From Octopus vulgaris (taxonomy: Eukaryota), in NCBI GenBank assembly GCA_951406725.2, contig OX597827.1, positions 84,010,001 to 84,074,000 of the forward strand: a stretch of DNA of 64,000 nucleotides. The letters run 5' to 3'. Position numbers and translations under genes: made by a program. How positions within the stretch are numbered: the first letter of the stretch is position 1; every line of letters begins with the position of its first letter. Under the pieces are notes generated by a model. The model was not told the origin of the DNA. It ran no database searches and saw nothing but the letters and a program-made list of their open reading frames with translations. Below are positions 38,962-52,917 of this stretch, piece by piece.

Positions 38962-40170
38962 CATCCACTCTGGATGGGAACGACTCCCCATCCAGAGTGG
39001 AGTGAAACAGGGTTGCGTTATGGCGCCGACGCTCTTCGGAATTTTCTTCTCCCTTGTCCTGTCCTATGCCTTCAGAACGTCCGACGACGGAGTGTTCCTC
39101 CACACCAGGGCTGATGGTGGATTGTTCAATCTTGCGCGCCTCAGAGCTAAGACCAAAGTCCGTCAGGTGCTGATCAGAGAGATCCTCTTTGCTGACGATG
39201 CCGCCCTAACATCACACAACCAGCCGGGTCTCCAGAGGCTGGTCAGCTCCCTGGCGGATGCCTGCCAAGAGTTCGGCCTTACCATCGGCCTGAAAAAGAC
39301 AGAGATCATGGGCCAGGACGTCGGAGGGGTCCCCAGCATCAGTGTCGGCGACCACAGCTTGCAGGTGGTGAACGAGTTCACTTACCTGGGATCGACGGTC
39401 TCCAGCAGCCTGTCCCTCGAGCCGGAGCTGAACAGACGGATTGGGAAGGCTGCTGCTGCCATGGCTAAGCTCTCCAGGAGAGTGTGGGAAAACAACATGC
39501 TCACAATAACCACCAAGATCGCAGTGTACCGAGCCTGCGTGCTGAGCACCCTACTCTACGGCAGCGAGAGCTGGACAACATACACCCGGCAAGAATGCCG
39601 CCTCAGCGGCTTCCACATGCGGTGTCTTCGACGGATCCTTGGCATCTCCTGGAAGGACCGAGTACCAAACAGAGTCATCCTAGAACAGACTAATATGCCA
39701 AGCATGCATGCCCTCCTCGTGCGGAGACGACTGCGCTGGCTCGGGCACGTCTGCCGCATGCAGGACGGTCGCATGCCTAAAGACATCCTGTACAGCGAAC
39801 TCACCACGGGATCCCGACCCAAGGGACGTCCACAGCTACGATACAGGGATGTGTGCAAGCGCGACCTGAGGACTGCCAACATCTGTGTGGACACGTGGGA
39901 GGTAACAGCTGCTGACCGCTCTGCCTGGCGTCGGACAGTGAGGAAAGGCGTTTCCATGGCTGAGGAAAGGAGAGCACAGCTGTGGTCGGACAGGAGGAGG
40001 ACAACTGCAGCAACACCCCACACGTACCCATCGATGTTCGTGTGCAGCAACTGTACCAGGGACTGCCACTCTAGAATTGGACTGTTCAGTCACAGCAGAC
40101 GCTGCTCATCATCAAAGTAGGCCCCACCCTTGGCGCGACCCATTGTCTATCAAGACAGACGGGAGAAGAG
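38960..40170 (+). mobile_element. 5'-truncated RTE-clade LINE (second family) with an open, GC-rich ORF
   Basis: SGVKQGCVMAPTLF, LFADD, FTYLGS, LLYGSESW, RLRWLGHV, CSNCTRDCHSRIGLFSHSRRC*. 3' hairpin tgtct-atca-agaca; the 5' end abuts (TA)n. Confidence 0.95.
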
Positions 40171-40372
40171 AGATATGCACATGTGAATATGTGCATAAAT
40201 ATATGTGTATGTGTATATATGTATATATGCCTATATGAATGTATGTATATGTACATATATGTATGCATGTATACGCACGCACACACACATACATACACAC
40301 ACATATTATTTGGACGATATTTTCAACCGTATCTGATTCTTCAAGTGCTTCAGTTCTGTGTATATACATATA

Positions 40373-41625
40373 TGTGGTGTATGCAGGAGATTTGAATTAA
40401 GGACATCCACCTTCTCTTCGTCGACGCAGACCTCTCCGATGGTAATGCACCCTTCCACGTGGCCAGGCACCTCGTTCTCAGGCCAGGCACCTCGTTCTCC
40501 CCCTCTCCACAGTCGTCATCCGACGAAGCGACAATCCTGCGAAGGTCCAAGACATGTCGCAGCATTTCATCCACGGAGACGTTTCTGGAATTGACCGTCG
40601 TCACCTTTCCTCTGTTCCATTGAGACGTACAGCGCACCTTCGGTGGCTTAACCCAGACTTCCTCCACTATTTTCACGTAAGCGGGTCCCTTCTCTTCCTC
40701 GTGGCCCTCCGGCGCTTTACTGGGGATACCTCCATACATATTTAAATACCGCTCTGTGCGGCACAGATTCTTCGGCTTGTCCAGATCGGGGAAACATCTT
40801 GTACCAGAAAACTGATTCCAGCGGCGAAATGTGCTCTCTTTCCGCTATGGCGATTTCAAGTTGACAATCGTCGCTGCCTTGGTCGACTGTCTCCACGCAC
40901 GTAACGCCTCGCCACAAACGTCCGTCGCCTCCCGTCTGGCATGATATATGCTCGTTTAGCTCACTGAAGTCCAGCACCGGTTTCACTTTTCCCTTCGTAG
41001 GCTGCACCACCTCCATCAGGGGTAGCACTCCACCCACTACCTCCTCTTCCCACGGGACAAGGACCCCTTCCTCGATCCACCTTTCCACCTCGTCATCAAA
41101 CTCGACCCTGGCGTGACCTTTCAGGGTATACTGGTAGCAGCTCACTCTGTTTTTCAGCATTGGGGGCTCGTCCTTCCATCGCCACTCTAACGTCCACCGC
41201 TGACCATCGAACGCCGCCTGAAAATCTTTGTCCTCGATGGTGTAAGCAGCGCAGTCTCTCGCGGGCTCTGCTCTCTCTAGCGATCCTGACTCACAGCGCA
41301 CGACGCCCCCACGCTTCTGAACGTGACCTCATCTACAAAACTGACGCCGCCGAGGCGGTTGATGGTGTGGTGTATGCAGGAGATTTGAAATAAGGATACT
41401 TATCTTCTCTTCGTCGACGCAAACCTCTCTGGTGGTAATGCACCCTTCCACGTGGCCCGACCCAAACGCTAGAAATAGCAGCTGCTTTTCCCCTACCTTG
41501 ACAAAGCGCTCACACGTCCTACTCTGTCGGTTGCCCCGCTCGAAAAGGCCCAATGCTCCCCTGCCTGCGCGCGCGTCACTCCTGCCCTTTCCGGTCAGCT
41601 CCCCAGCTGCTGACGTCATCCCACA
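40373..41625 (-). mobile_element. Small, internally deleted LTR retrotransposon with a 5-bp TSD
   Basis: Full LTR 41366-41625 (TGTGG...CCACA) and partial LTR 40373-40464. ATATA at 40368-40372 and 41626-41630. Pol scraps VLPLMEVVQPTKGKVKPVLDFSELN and VWVKPP..RCTSQW..G.VT. Confidence 0.8.
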
Positions 41626-43049
41626 ATATAGATTGCAGACATTTAGCAATGATTTCTCCCATCGTATGATGTACAATTTTCTACCATTGATAAAACCGTC
41701 GGCATTTTTCATGGTACGGGTGTGATAGTATCTTAATAAACGAATATTGTTGCCTTTAACGCAGTAGAGAACTAAACGGCATTAAAATAATAATGATTAC
41801 ACCTAGTGGAAATCACATACACACACATTCGCATGTTTCTGTATATGTGAAATACACTCTTGTAATATACTTATGAACACATACGCGCGCGCGCACTCAG
41901 TTCTGGTATATATATAACAGCCTCCACCTAACAATTCTACGCAAACAGGTGCTGGAGGCAGGTGGTAGCAGGTGTTGAGACTGTCACCATTAAGCCAACA
42001 GTAATTACTTAAATAAACACGAGTCCAGAAAATACAAAAGCAAAGTTTCGTGTGTGTATTCTGTATTGGTTAACTAATCTTTAACTTTCATAATAAGATT
42101 GGTGATGTTATGGTTGTTCAGATCCGCCATGAGTTATGAGGAGTTATGAGTTAAGAGAGGTTATGAAGCAGAACTCCGCCAATATTTCATTTGTTTACAG
42201 TTGACAACACATGCTGTCACGCACAAAATGACATCTTCCAAATCCTATTTTCCGACTGGGCAAAAATGATCAGACTTGAAACCTCTGTAACTTTTTTTTT
42301 TTAATTTTTGGAAAAAGCGAATAAACCCCTGAGATTCAGCGTGGAAAATTACATTAATACAGCAATTTTTTTAAAATTTCACTAAACTTTAAGATTTCCA
42401 TAGATGCAGCCAAATGGAAAAGGTCTCAGTCATCATCTGACAGACCTCTGTGGGTAGTTGGCCGAACAACGTGTGAGTCACTGATGGACAGCCTCAGATA
42501 AGGAATAATTTCATAAGTCGGGGTCATCGTAACTCATTTGAATATGCTTCCTGTGTTTATGTATCATTGAATCAATAGCTACAGGGAGCGTGTCGTTTGA
42601 TTGACAACGGTCTCTGCAGCATAGGGACAGTTCCCAGTTGGGCAAACTTCTGGACAGTATAAATGTTGATGTTGCATAGGATACGGTTGGCGAACTTTTC
42701 CATTTCCTCTTTCATGGATGCAAGAGGTTCGATGACTACTGATATCAGTGCATTGCAGAAGACGCTTTAGATGCTCTTGACGAGCAAGGAAAAAAAAAAG
42801 TAATGAAGCACCTATTCAAAAGATTCAGTGAGGCTGATAACGCCTTTTATGTAACACGAGATGATGATGAGGTTGACGTACGAGTAGAAAATAAATGGCT
42901 CCAAAACATTTTAACCATTGTTCGTCTTTGTTATCACGGTGGTGATTGTGACCCCGCTTGCCTAGATTTCTACACGAAGCAGCAACCATTTCTCCAGTAT
43001 GCAAACCGACTATGTGAATATTTTATACACGGTAAAAGTCAAAAATGGC

Positions 43050-46000
43050 CACTTTATCTTTATGCACTGAAGATGATGATAGATTGGAGATATCTGGTGT
43101 ATACGTGGTTGATGAAATCCTAACAAAAACAACACAGATTTGAGCAAATATGAACATCTTGGTGATATTAGCTTGCTATATTTTGATAGTTCTTATCAAG
43201 TAGATCTATTACTAGGTCAAGATCATACAGAAGCCTTTATACCATTGGAGGTACGTAAGGGTAACAAAGGTGAGCCCTTTGGTTGGGGTATCAATGGCCA
43301 GTCACTAGTTAAAAAGGTTAGTGGTCAAGACATATCTAGCTTTGTTACTATGTCTCCCCCTGTAGTTACAAATGACATACATAAATTATGGAAATTCGTA
43401 AACGATGGGATTTATAAAGTTGGTTGGTGACAAGATGATCCTTCAGTGATTGAATTATGGGATAGGGAGTGTTTGAAAGTGGATTGTCATTATCAGTTAC
43501 TGATTCCCTGGAAAGATAGGGATGAACCATTGCCAAATAATTATGCTAAATCCCGGTTAAAATCTACATTCAGGAAACGTGAAGGGGAAAATCTTATTCA
43601 AAGATATGACTTAGAAATCAACAAGTTAGTAATGGATATGCTGAGGTTGTTCCTCCAGAGCAAATCCGTGGTGTTGAACGTATATGGTATCTTGCTCCTC
43701 ATGCAGTCATTTCTGATAAGAAACCTGGCAAAGTGCACATTGTATTTGATTGTGCAGCGAAATATCAGGGCAACTCTTTCAATGAACGTTGCAGACAAGG
43801 TCCTAATTAAGTTAGCAAATTATTGCATGTATTATTGAGATTTAGACAGCATCACTATTCCATTCTAGCTGATATTGAATCTATGTATCATCAAGTCAAG
43901 ATTCCACTGAAAGATAGAGATGCTTTGAGATTTTTGTGGTATCAGGGTAGGGAAGTTGTTCACTATAGCCTGACGTCACATTTGTTTTGGGGTGTGTGGT
44001 GTGCTATTAGTTCTCCCTATACTCTTAAACGGATTGTTACAGAATGTGAAGATGCCAGTGCATTCGCAACTGACTCAATTGACAAGTCATTCTATGTAGA
44101 TGATATTTTGAAATCTGTAGAAGATAAGACGAAGCTAGAATAATTCTGCGTGAAGTTCCCTTGGTTCTAGCTAGTGGTGGTTTCAATCTCACAAAATTTG
44201 TTGTCGATGATAGTTGTTGGAAGAAATTCCAGAGAATCATAGTGCAAAAGGAGTGAAGAGCTTCAGTACTGATTCATCGGGAAAGGTACTTGGTGTAAAA
44301 TGGAATATCATGTCGGATGCTTTCGCCTTTGAGATCAGCGTAGAGAGAAATCAGATAGCCACGAGGAGGAAAATGTTGAGCATTGTGTCATCGATATATG
44401 ACCTGCTTGGGTTTGTTGATCCCCAGATATCACTGGGCAAGTTAATGTTTCAGGATGCTACTCGTTGCAAATATGATTGGGATGAATCAGTTTCTTTGAA
44501 ACTTTGCGAACAGTGAAGCAAATGGTTGGAAACATTGGAGTTTCCCAATCAAGCACAAATTCTGCGCTGCATTAAACCACTGGGTTTTGATGAGGCATAT
44601 TTGAAATTACATCATTTTCCAGACGCAAGCCTGTCAGCCTACGGTTGTTGTAGCTATATCAGGTGTATCGACAAGTTTGGAAAGATCCATACACAGCTTA
44701 CCATAAGCAAAAGTAGAGTTTCACCTCTCAAACAATGTACTATCCCATGACTGGAATTACAAGCAGCCGCTTTGTCAGTCAGAGTTGACACTCTCTTGTG
44801 AAAGGAATTAGAAATCAGAATTGATCGAACGTTCTTTTGGTCAGATTCGAAAATAGTTTTGGCTTACATTACAAACGAAACCAAACGGTTCCAGATATTT
44901 ATAGAAAACAGAGTTAGTCTTATCAGAGAAGGGTCACAATCTGATCAGTGGCGTTATGTGTCAGGCAGAAACAATCCTGTGGACATTGTTAATCGAGGTT
45001 AGGTGTTTAGCAGGTTAGATAGCGAGTTGTGGTTCACTGGACCTACCTTCTTGAGGTAACACAAAACTGATGAATGGCAACCATACAAGAATAGTGGGGA
45101 ATTGTTATTGGGTGATATGGAGATCAGAAAAGACCCAATTAGGATGTGCAATGCTCTTCAGATAGGTAGTATGAATCCTATAGATGGGATCATGGAACAT
45201 TATTCAGACTGGTGCTTCGATTTGCAAAAATGTGCGGAAATAGAAATGTCAAAACAGGGACCTTTATGTGTTGAAGAAATTCAGCATGCAGAGTTGTCTC
45301 TGATTATGAGAGCTCAGTGAATACATTATGAAGACGAATTAGAAAGGTTATTAGGGGGGAAAATGTATCAGCAAATCCAGTCCCCCAGATCACTCCACCC
45401 GTTTCCGGGTGGTGATGGTATTCTCAGAATGGGTGGTAGATTGGTTGAGTCTACAGTTGAAATCAAGAATCCGGTTGTAGTTTCAGGTAAACATGCCATT
45501 GCTGAGTTTATTGCTGCTCATTTTCACAGAAAAGCTCATGTGGGGAGAGAATGGACTTCAGAACTTATCAGACAGCATTATTGAATTACAGGGGGTAGAT
45601 CTGTTGTCAAGAAAGTTATCCGTTCATGTGTTGCTTATAGGACGCTATTTGCCAAGTCAGCTTCTCAAATTAGGGCAAATCTCCCTAGGAAGAGAGTTGA
45701 AACAGACAAACTTCCTTTTACATACATTGGCGTAGATGTCTGGATATTTCACGGTCAAAGTCAACCATTCAGAAGTAAAGCGTTATGGTTGTATTTTCAC
45801 GTCTTGTGACGAGAGCAGTACATATAGAGATGTTACATAGTCGAGACACTGAATCTTTCATCAATTGTTTCCGCAGATTTATATCTAGAAGTCACCCGGA
45901 GATATTTACTCAAACAATGGTACAAACTTTGTTGGGGCTAGAGCTGAATTAAAAGGTGGGGGGGATTTACAGGAGTTATCTCAGACTGATATCCAAACTC

Positions 46001-47160
46001 ATGCATTGAATCGAAACATAGATGGGAATTTTAACACACCAGCAGCTTCTCATATGGGTGGAGCTTGGGAACGTACGATAAGTCGTGCTAGGAGAGTTAT
46101 GGAAGGGTTACTGTCTGGTCCTGTTAAACTCACTGATGAAATTCTAGTGTTTGCAGAGGTTGAATCTATTTTGAATCGTAGGCCGCTAACGAAATTAAGT
46201 GACGATCCACAGGATCGTTCTCTGTTAACACCCAATCATTTACTTTTGCTTAGGGACGGCTCAACAGTATCTCCAGGTAAATTTGATGAAATGGAAGCAT
46301 GTACAGCATTTAGCAGATCAGTTCTGGTCTCAATAGGTAAAATTGTATTTACCTGATTTACATAAACGGGTCAAGTGGATAGAGTTGTTACGTAGGAATA
46401 TATTAGTTGGAGATCTAGTGTTCATGTCAGAAGAAAACACTCCAAGGAATTTATGACCTCTTGCAGTAGTTCAGGTGGTAGTGAAAGGAAGGGACGGACA
46501 TGTTAGATTTGTTAAGTTGAAAACTAAGTCTAGTCATTTAGGGCGACTGATTTACTTGAGGGGGCTGGCGAGCATCTGAGTAAATAGTTGTACCGTTGCA
46601 GTGTGTTTATTATCTTTGGAGTCAATATACATATTTCCATTTGCATTATTCAGTAAATTACCTCATGGTTTATGAGGGCAGAGTGTTAACTCCGACGATA
46701 AGTCTACTGTATTACTATTTAGTAATTGTTTCCACAGCTTGTCGGAAGTGATTCACTTCCGGGTTGTATCTGGGATTGAGGTTATTATGTTTTCAGAAAA
46801 AGGGGTGAGGTCCCTTTTTGTGTCCGTCTATATCTCAGAAAACCCGCTGCCATCCTTGAATGTTCTTCTTTAGTTATTTCATGTTACTACGAACGTGGCT
46901 TTGTACCAGTGGGGTCAATTTTCTGCTGCTTCTAGAATGGTGAACCGACAAAGTCTTTGTATGATAATTTAAATATATCTAATTATTTTCCTTACATTAA
47001 CCTGAGACATATAATGATGTGTAGATAATTGTATATCCATGGGTGAAAGTGTCCCCCCCCTCCTTATTCTGTACTTTTCGCCCGCATGTGTCAGTCATAA
47101 TAAACATGTTGAATGTATTTTGTAATCAAACTTTATTACAAGAAAGTTAGTTGTATAACA
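43050..47160 (+). mobile_element. BEL/Pao LTR retrotransposon remnant (pol plus putative 3' LTR at 46684-47160)
   Basis: VDLLLGQD, LADIESMYHQV, FYVDD, KVLGVKW, LHHFPDAS..AYG, FWSDS, ASHMGGAWER, ILNRRPL, LTPNHLL. Purine tract gagggcagag, then TGTTA...aataaa...TAACA. Confidence 0.9.
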
Positions 47161-47389
47161 GGAAGCCAAATATCAGTAAAACCCTGTTCAAATAATTTTT
47201 GTATTTAAGTTTGTCTTATTTTTGTATTTTTCTTATTTTGTAGTCTATCGTACACTTGCCATACATTTGTGTATACACACAGTACACCTGCAAATGTATA
47301 GACGTAACAATTGCTGTTTATTTTTATTTGTTTTGTTAACTGTAGTTTTCGACCTTCAAATTTCATGTCAAACATGTATTACCACGTAT

Positions 47390-47745
47390 AGGAGGCGCAA
47401 TGGCCCAGTGATTAGGGCACCGGACTCGCAGTTTCGATTCCCAGACCAGGCATTGTGAGTGTTTATTGATAAAAAAAACCTAAAGCTCCACGAGGCTTCG
47501 GTAGTGGGGTGTACTCTTTCACCACAACTTTCTCTCACTCTTTCTTCCTGTTTCTGTTGTACCTGTATTTCAAAGGGCCGGCCTTGTCACACTCTGTGTC
47601 ACGCTGATTCTCCCTGAGAACTACGTTAAGGGTACACGTGTCTGTGGCGTGCTCAGCTATTTGCACGTTAATTTTACGAGCAGGTTGTTCCTTTGATCGG
47701 ATCAACTGGAACCCTCATCGTTGTAACCGACGGAGTGCCTCGACA
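47390..47745 (+). mobile_element. tRNA-derived SINE
   Basis: ggaggcgcaatggcccagtgattaggg head; homologous to 6983-7146. Confidence 0.75.
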
Positions 47746-48039
47746 ATGACCACTCCGTATATAAATCTTGCAAGAAAGCAGTGTTCAACTTTCTGGCGTT
47801 CACCTTGTGTATCTCTCATTCATAACCTACACTCACAAGCAGGCATCGTTCGTTTCGTCTGTGTGCATGCTTCCATGCTGTCTTTTCCCACCTTTTCTTT
47901 TTGTACCAACCACAATGCAATCGCACTACCAGTGGGTGCAAGCGCAGCTCCCCGGATTTTTGGGGAGATGGGTGGAGGTGTTGATGAAAACGCTTCAAAC
48001 TTCTTGAAAAATCGAGTTTGCAGAGGACATGTTCGCAAA

Positions 48040-48830
48040 TGTGGGCTGTGACTGCAGAGGACATGTGAAAATTTGAATGCAGTGAAACCAGAATACTACA
48101 CTGGATGTACAATATCAGTGTGCATGTGTGACAGAGAGTGTGTTGAGAGTGAAACTGGGCATTAGAAGCATCACATGTGGTGTGCAAGAGGGCTGAATGC
48201 ACTGGTTTGGTCATGTGTTGCTTTATGAACAAGAACAGATGTGTAAAAAAAGTGTTGATCTCTAACTGTGGAGGGAATCTGAGGAAGAGGTAAACCCAGG
48301 AAGACGAGATGGTGAAGCATGATCTTTGAATGTTGGGCCTCATGGAGGTGATGACTTGTGACCAAGACCTTTGTTGATGTGTTGTGCTTGAGAAGACTCA
48401 TCAAGCCAAGTGGAATTGTAGTCATCGCCATTGCCAGAGTCATGTAAATGACACCCATGAACTCATGATCGAGGCCATTGCTGATAGCATGATCTTCGAA
48501 TGTTGGGCCTCAAGGAGGCGAGGGATGAGGTAGTGAAGCATGATCTCTGAATGTTGAATCTCACCAAGGCAAGTGACCTTTGGTGATACGCTGGGCTTGA
48601 GAAGGCTTGTCAACCCAAATGAAAACCATAGTGGTGGCACCTGTGCCTGTGGCATGTAAAAAGGAAAGCCATTACACACTCTGGAGTGGTTGGCATTAGG
48701 AAGGGCATCCAACCGTAGAAACCATCTCAAATCAGACTGGAACCAGGTGCAGCTCTCTGGTTTACCAGTTCTAGTCAAACTGTCTAATCCATGCCAACAT
48801 GGAAAGCAAACATTAAATGATGATGATGTA
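48040..48830 (+). mobile_element. Degenerate RTE-type LINE 3' end with a tandemly duplicated tail segment
   Basis: ETRILHWMYNIS...KLGIRSI...HWFGHV. agcatgatct..gaatgttg is repeated at ~48316, ~48486 and ~48537; ends in (gat)n. Confidence 0.5.
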
Positions 48831-49103
48831 TTACATACAGAAAATGCATGCAGGGATATGTGTGTTTATACAAAAATCAATATTTATTTACCAGCAATTC
48901 CAACTTTGTTGGAAGGAAAATTGAATCTTTGAATAATAACTTTTGGTACACTACTAGCTTTACTATCTCACCATAAACAGCATTCAATAGAGCAACATTG
49001 TATTTAAAAGACTACTATTTCTACAGCTCTTTCAACACTGATGAGATTGAATGAGAAATTGAAACATCACCATTTTGAAGTAATTGATATATAATACTAA
49101 TTA

Positions 49104-49320
49104 TGGCAGAGAGCTGGTAGACTCATTAGTATGCCAGGCGAAATGCTTAGTGGCATTTTGTTCATCTTTACATTCTGAGTTCAAACTATGCCGTGGTTGA
49201 CTTTGCCTTTCATCCTTTCAGGGTCAATAGAATAAGAACTGGTTGAGCATTAGGGTCAATGTAATCTACTTGCCCCTCCCCAAATTCCTGGCCTTGTGCC
49301 AAAATTTGAAACCACTATTA
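49104..49320 (+). mobile_element. SINE (11505 family)
   Basis: ggcagagagctgg...gaaatgcttag...ctgagttcaaa...gactttgcctttcatcctttc...ggccttgtgccaaaatttgaaacc. Confidence 0.8.
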
Positions 49321-49757
49321 ATGCCTGTATATACTGTATATATAAATTTGTAGTTACATTGTGTAGGTGCGTCAGGCAATGTACCTACAAATTTATAGAA
49401 AAACCTAGAAATACTAGGTTTTCAAAGAGATCTATTAGCAGTGCAGTGAAGATTTCTAAGACATTGCAAAGATTTTCCACCTGGGATTCTTTTGATGAAT
49501 TAATGCATACATGCTAGCATGTGCATCTGCAGCTCAACCAACTGAAGCAAATATATATAAACAGCAAGAACTTTCTTACCTCAAAAAGTCTTGTCACTTT
49601 GTTATCCACTGGCTTGAACTCTCTTCAGAACTTAGATAAAACTTGAAGAAAACATACCTACATAATACATGCATATGCACATGTATACATCCACATACAT
49701 GCATGCACCTATATACACATCTGGCTGTCCATGCATTTGTGCATATATATGTGTGTG

Positions 49758-49800
<43 letters not shown>

Positions 49801-52017
49801 TCTCTGACCTAAGAAAGGATGTTATTTTTTTATCCTTATCTCAGCTTTGATGCAGCAGGTATATACTGAAAAATATTCAAGCTGTGATAATCCTCTGATT
49901 AACTGATTCATGTAGAATTACATCATCCAATGTGTCCTTTCCCAACACATGATAAGCTGTGGTTTGAGATATATTTGGTGGTTATTTTTAGCAGGTTGTA
50001 TGACTATATAGGGGTTTCCCTCATTGATTCAATCAGCAACAAGTTAATGGTTGATCAAGTCTGTGATGTAGGCTCAATTTTGGGTTAAATAATTTTATTG
50101 TTTGGTTCCTGTGGAAGAAAGGGGAATGCCATATTGGGCTGACAAGTATTACTGGTGGACGAAACCGAGAAACTGATCACTCGCTCAGATTTCAGTGTTT
50201 AGACAAAAAGAGGAACAAATGTGAATTGTAATCTTGTTGCGAAATTGGCTGTAAATTAATGAAGCCAATGGGGGAAATTCTCCTTGGCCACGTGGCCTGC
50301 TAGCAATAACTTGTTAAATCACAACACACCTTCTTAAAATAAGAAGTACAGATTGTATAAAAGTTTGACTGAATAAAAGATGAGATGGTCATGTATAGAG
50401 TGCCTTTGATCATGAATCTGCTGGAGCAGGGTTTCATGTAATTTACGTTTGTGTGAAACGAAGTAATTCATTGAATCACTGTTTACTTTTAAATTGTTCA
50501 CTCCACAGTGTATTAAATAATTTTTCTGTACACATATTAATATCTGTGTGAATGTGTATGTATATAGCTGTTACATCATAGCAACAGTCATATTATCCAT
50601 TAAAGAATATACAGAAACCATTTTATTAATTTCTGTAGCACTATGTATTAAATTGTTGTCATTGTACTGTGAACATCTTCAAATGTTCACCCAACCCATG
50701 AGAACTACTATCAATAAATATGATAATATAGGTTTTGATTTGCTTCAAGCACTGAGTAATTTCAAGACTTGTATTCTTAAGCTGCTGCTCCAATACAAAT
50801 GAAGCTATAGATAAATTGATTATAGCTCATAAAATACTCTGTAGCAGATTCTCTTGTTCTATTATATATACACAAGTACGGACGTAGTAGATAACAACTA
50901 GCCTTTGGCCGCTTGGAGCCAGTTGTGTCCATTACTCTGATTGGTTGGTATTGGCGCAATTTGTCTCTTGCTCTACTACATGCTAATGTGCAACCCAACC
51001 AATTGCAGCCTTCTGGTAAGGTCCTGTGACACAGTCTTTTCTAAATCTCCATTTGCATGCATAGCTTGCTATAAAACTTCAGCGATTCATCGAGTTGAAG
51101 TCTTTTGGTTCTAGACTTTCTAAGGTCTAACTACTGACCACAGAGCACACAGCCAGTTCCAGCGACAACACCAGCAGCCACATGGAGAAACATCAACACT
51201 TCGTCCAGCAGCATCAGGACCTCCATTTCTGTCGCCTTCATCTTAATGTCAACAACATTTCTCTACGTACACCCAGGTTCTATCTCAACACTGTTCATGA
51301 ATTACTTCACCATAATTAACACCAAATACAACCTGCGAGATCTTCCTGTATCACGTGAGCGGCATAGTAGCCACAACTTCTTACATGACATGTGCCTCAA
51401 CCAGCTTTGCTTTTTCACCTCAACTTCTTGTTACAGCACTTCAACTATTGTGTACCTTACTACGAACCGGTATTTACCTTCCTTGTGTCTGAACATTCTT
51501 CTAGCGTCCTATTATAGACTCTTTCAATGCTCTGTACTTATCGCACACACATACACTTTGTATACTTGATGGCCTGTCTATTATTATTATTATTATTATT
51601 ATTATGTACTTGACACATACACAGACACACCTTAACCCATCAATAATATCTTTCTCTTAAATATTCTATCGGCTGTGTCTCTTTCTTTCCCTTCTGGCAC
51701 TTGTACTCATTTATCCTTTTCCGTATTTATTGTAATTGACCATGTGATGTACTAAAGGAGCCATTCTTTATCACTTCCCCTTCACACGGTCGTTCTATAA
51801 CTCCTTAGAACACCAAGTGAATCAAAACAATCTTGTTTTTGCTTTCTTGCTTGTACAGATATTAAAGCTTCTAATTTAATGATCAAAAATGTTCAGGTCC
51901 ACTTGGTGTAATGGCAATCACAGCCACCCAAGTCACGGCAGGTATATGGCTCTGTTCATCTTGTTGGAGCTGTTCACTTTTCTATGTGTAAGGAGAAGTT
52001 ACTTAGGTAGATAAAAG

Positions 52018-52066
<49 letters not shown>

Positions 52067-52748
52067 CACACACATACACACATACATATATATATCTACT
52101 ATACAAATAGCAAATTAGAATGAGTGGTGGAGGATGAAAGGAAAAGTGGAAAACTCATCCTGAAGGAAATAATTTACTCACAGGTTCAAAGTTCAATTGA
52201 AAAGAACAAATGTATATATAAATCCACTCAGAAACAAAAGCACAAATGACAAAAACTGTTGTAATTAAAGAAAGAAAAATGAAGAAGTGAATGAAAGAAA
52301 CCGTTGCAGTTTAGAAATTTGATTAATTACTGAGTTTCAACAGATGCAGTGGAATTAATTCAGTGACCAGGTCAGAATTTCAACAAAACTTTTCTGATAT
52401 TTCTTAATAGACTATCCTATTAATAAATTATTGTGAAGGAAATAGAACAGTTTCAGTGTGTTTTTAAAAGGTTAAAATAGCTGTTTTGTGCAGTAAAGAT
52501 TTCAGCATTTAGTTTCAGGGCCAGTCATTTTTCAAACAATTGCAACTCTCTAATGTTTTTGTGTGTGTGTGTGTGTGCGTGTGCATGTGCACGTGTGCGT
52601 GCTGAATTCTATTCTCCAAACCAAATAAATAAACAATCCTAGTATGTTATTACATTTATATTTACACAATTTCTTGAGTGATATCATTCTGATAATTTTT
52701 GACTCAATAAGTCCAGCCTTCTGGAAGCTTCTGTGCTTTATTCCAAAT

Positions 52749-52917
52749 CTAATTTGAGTTCACCAAAACAGTCACCTCCCTGACGGCATCAGCTGCTGCA
52801 ATTGTGTTGCAATGTTCAACTCCAAGAAGACACTCAAAAACCTTCACCGCTTCTTGCCACTGGTATTTTGCTCTGGCAAAATGGTTAGAAGCAAAATAAA
52901 CTGTTCCTAGATTGTAC
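52749..52917 (-). CDS. TPR-repeat protein, terminal coding exon
   Basis: Acceptor tttcccaactcag, phase 2. (R)YNLGTVYFASNHFARAKYQWQEAVKVFECLLGVEHCNT...NSN*. Minus-strand aataaa follows the stop. Confidence 0.85.

Noticed and set aside
50139-50170. ctgacaa-gt...ac-gaaac-cgag
   Set aside because: G8 is missing, and there is no NUH triplet or stem I.
51150-51560. Possible Penelope GIY-YIG remnant (STSTIVYL)
   Set aside because: Only one weak motif; I could not find the YIG, R or E elements.
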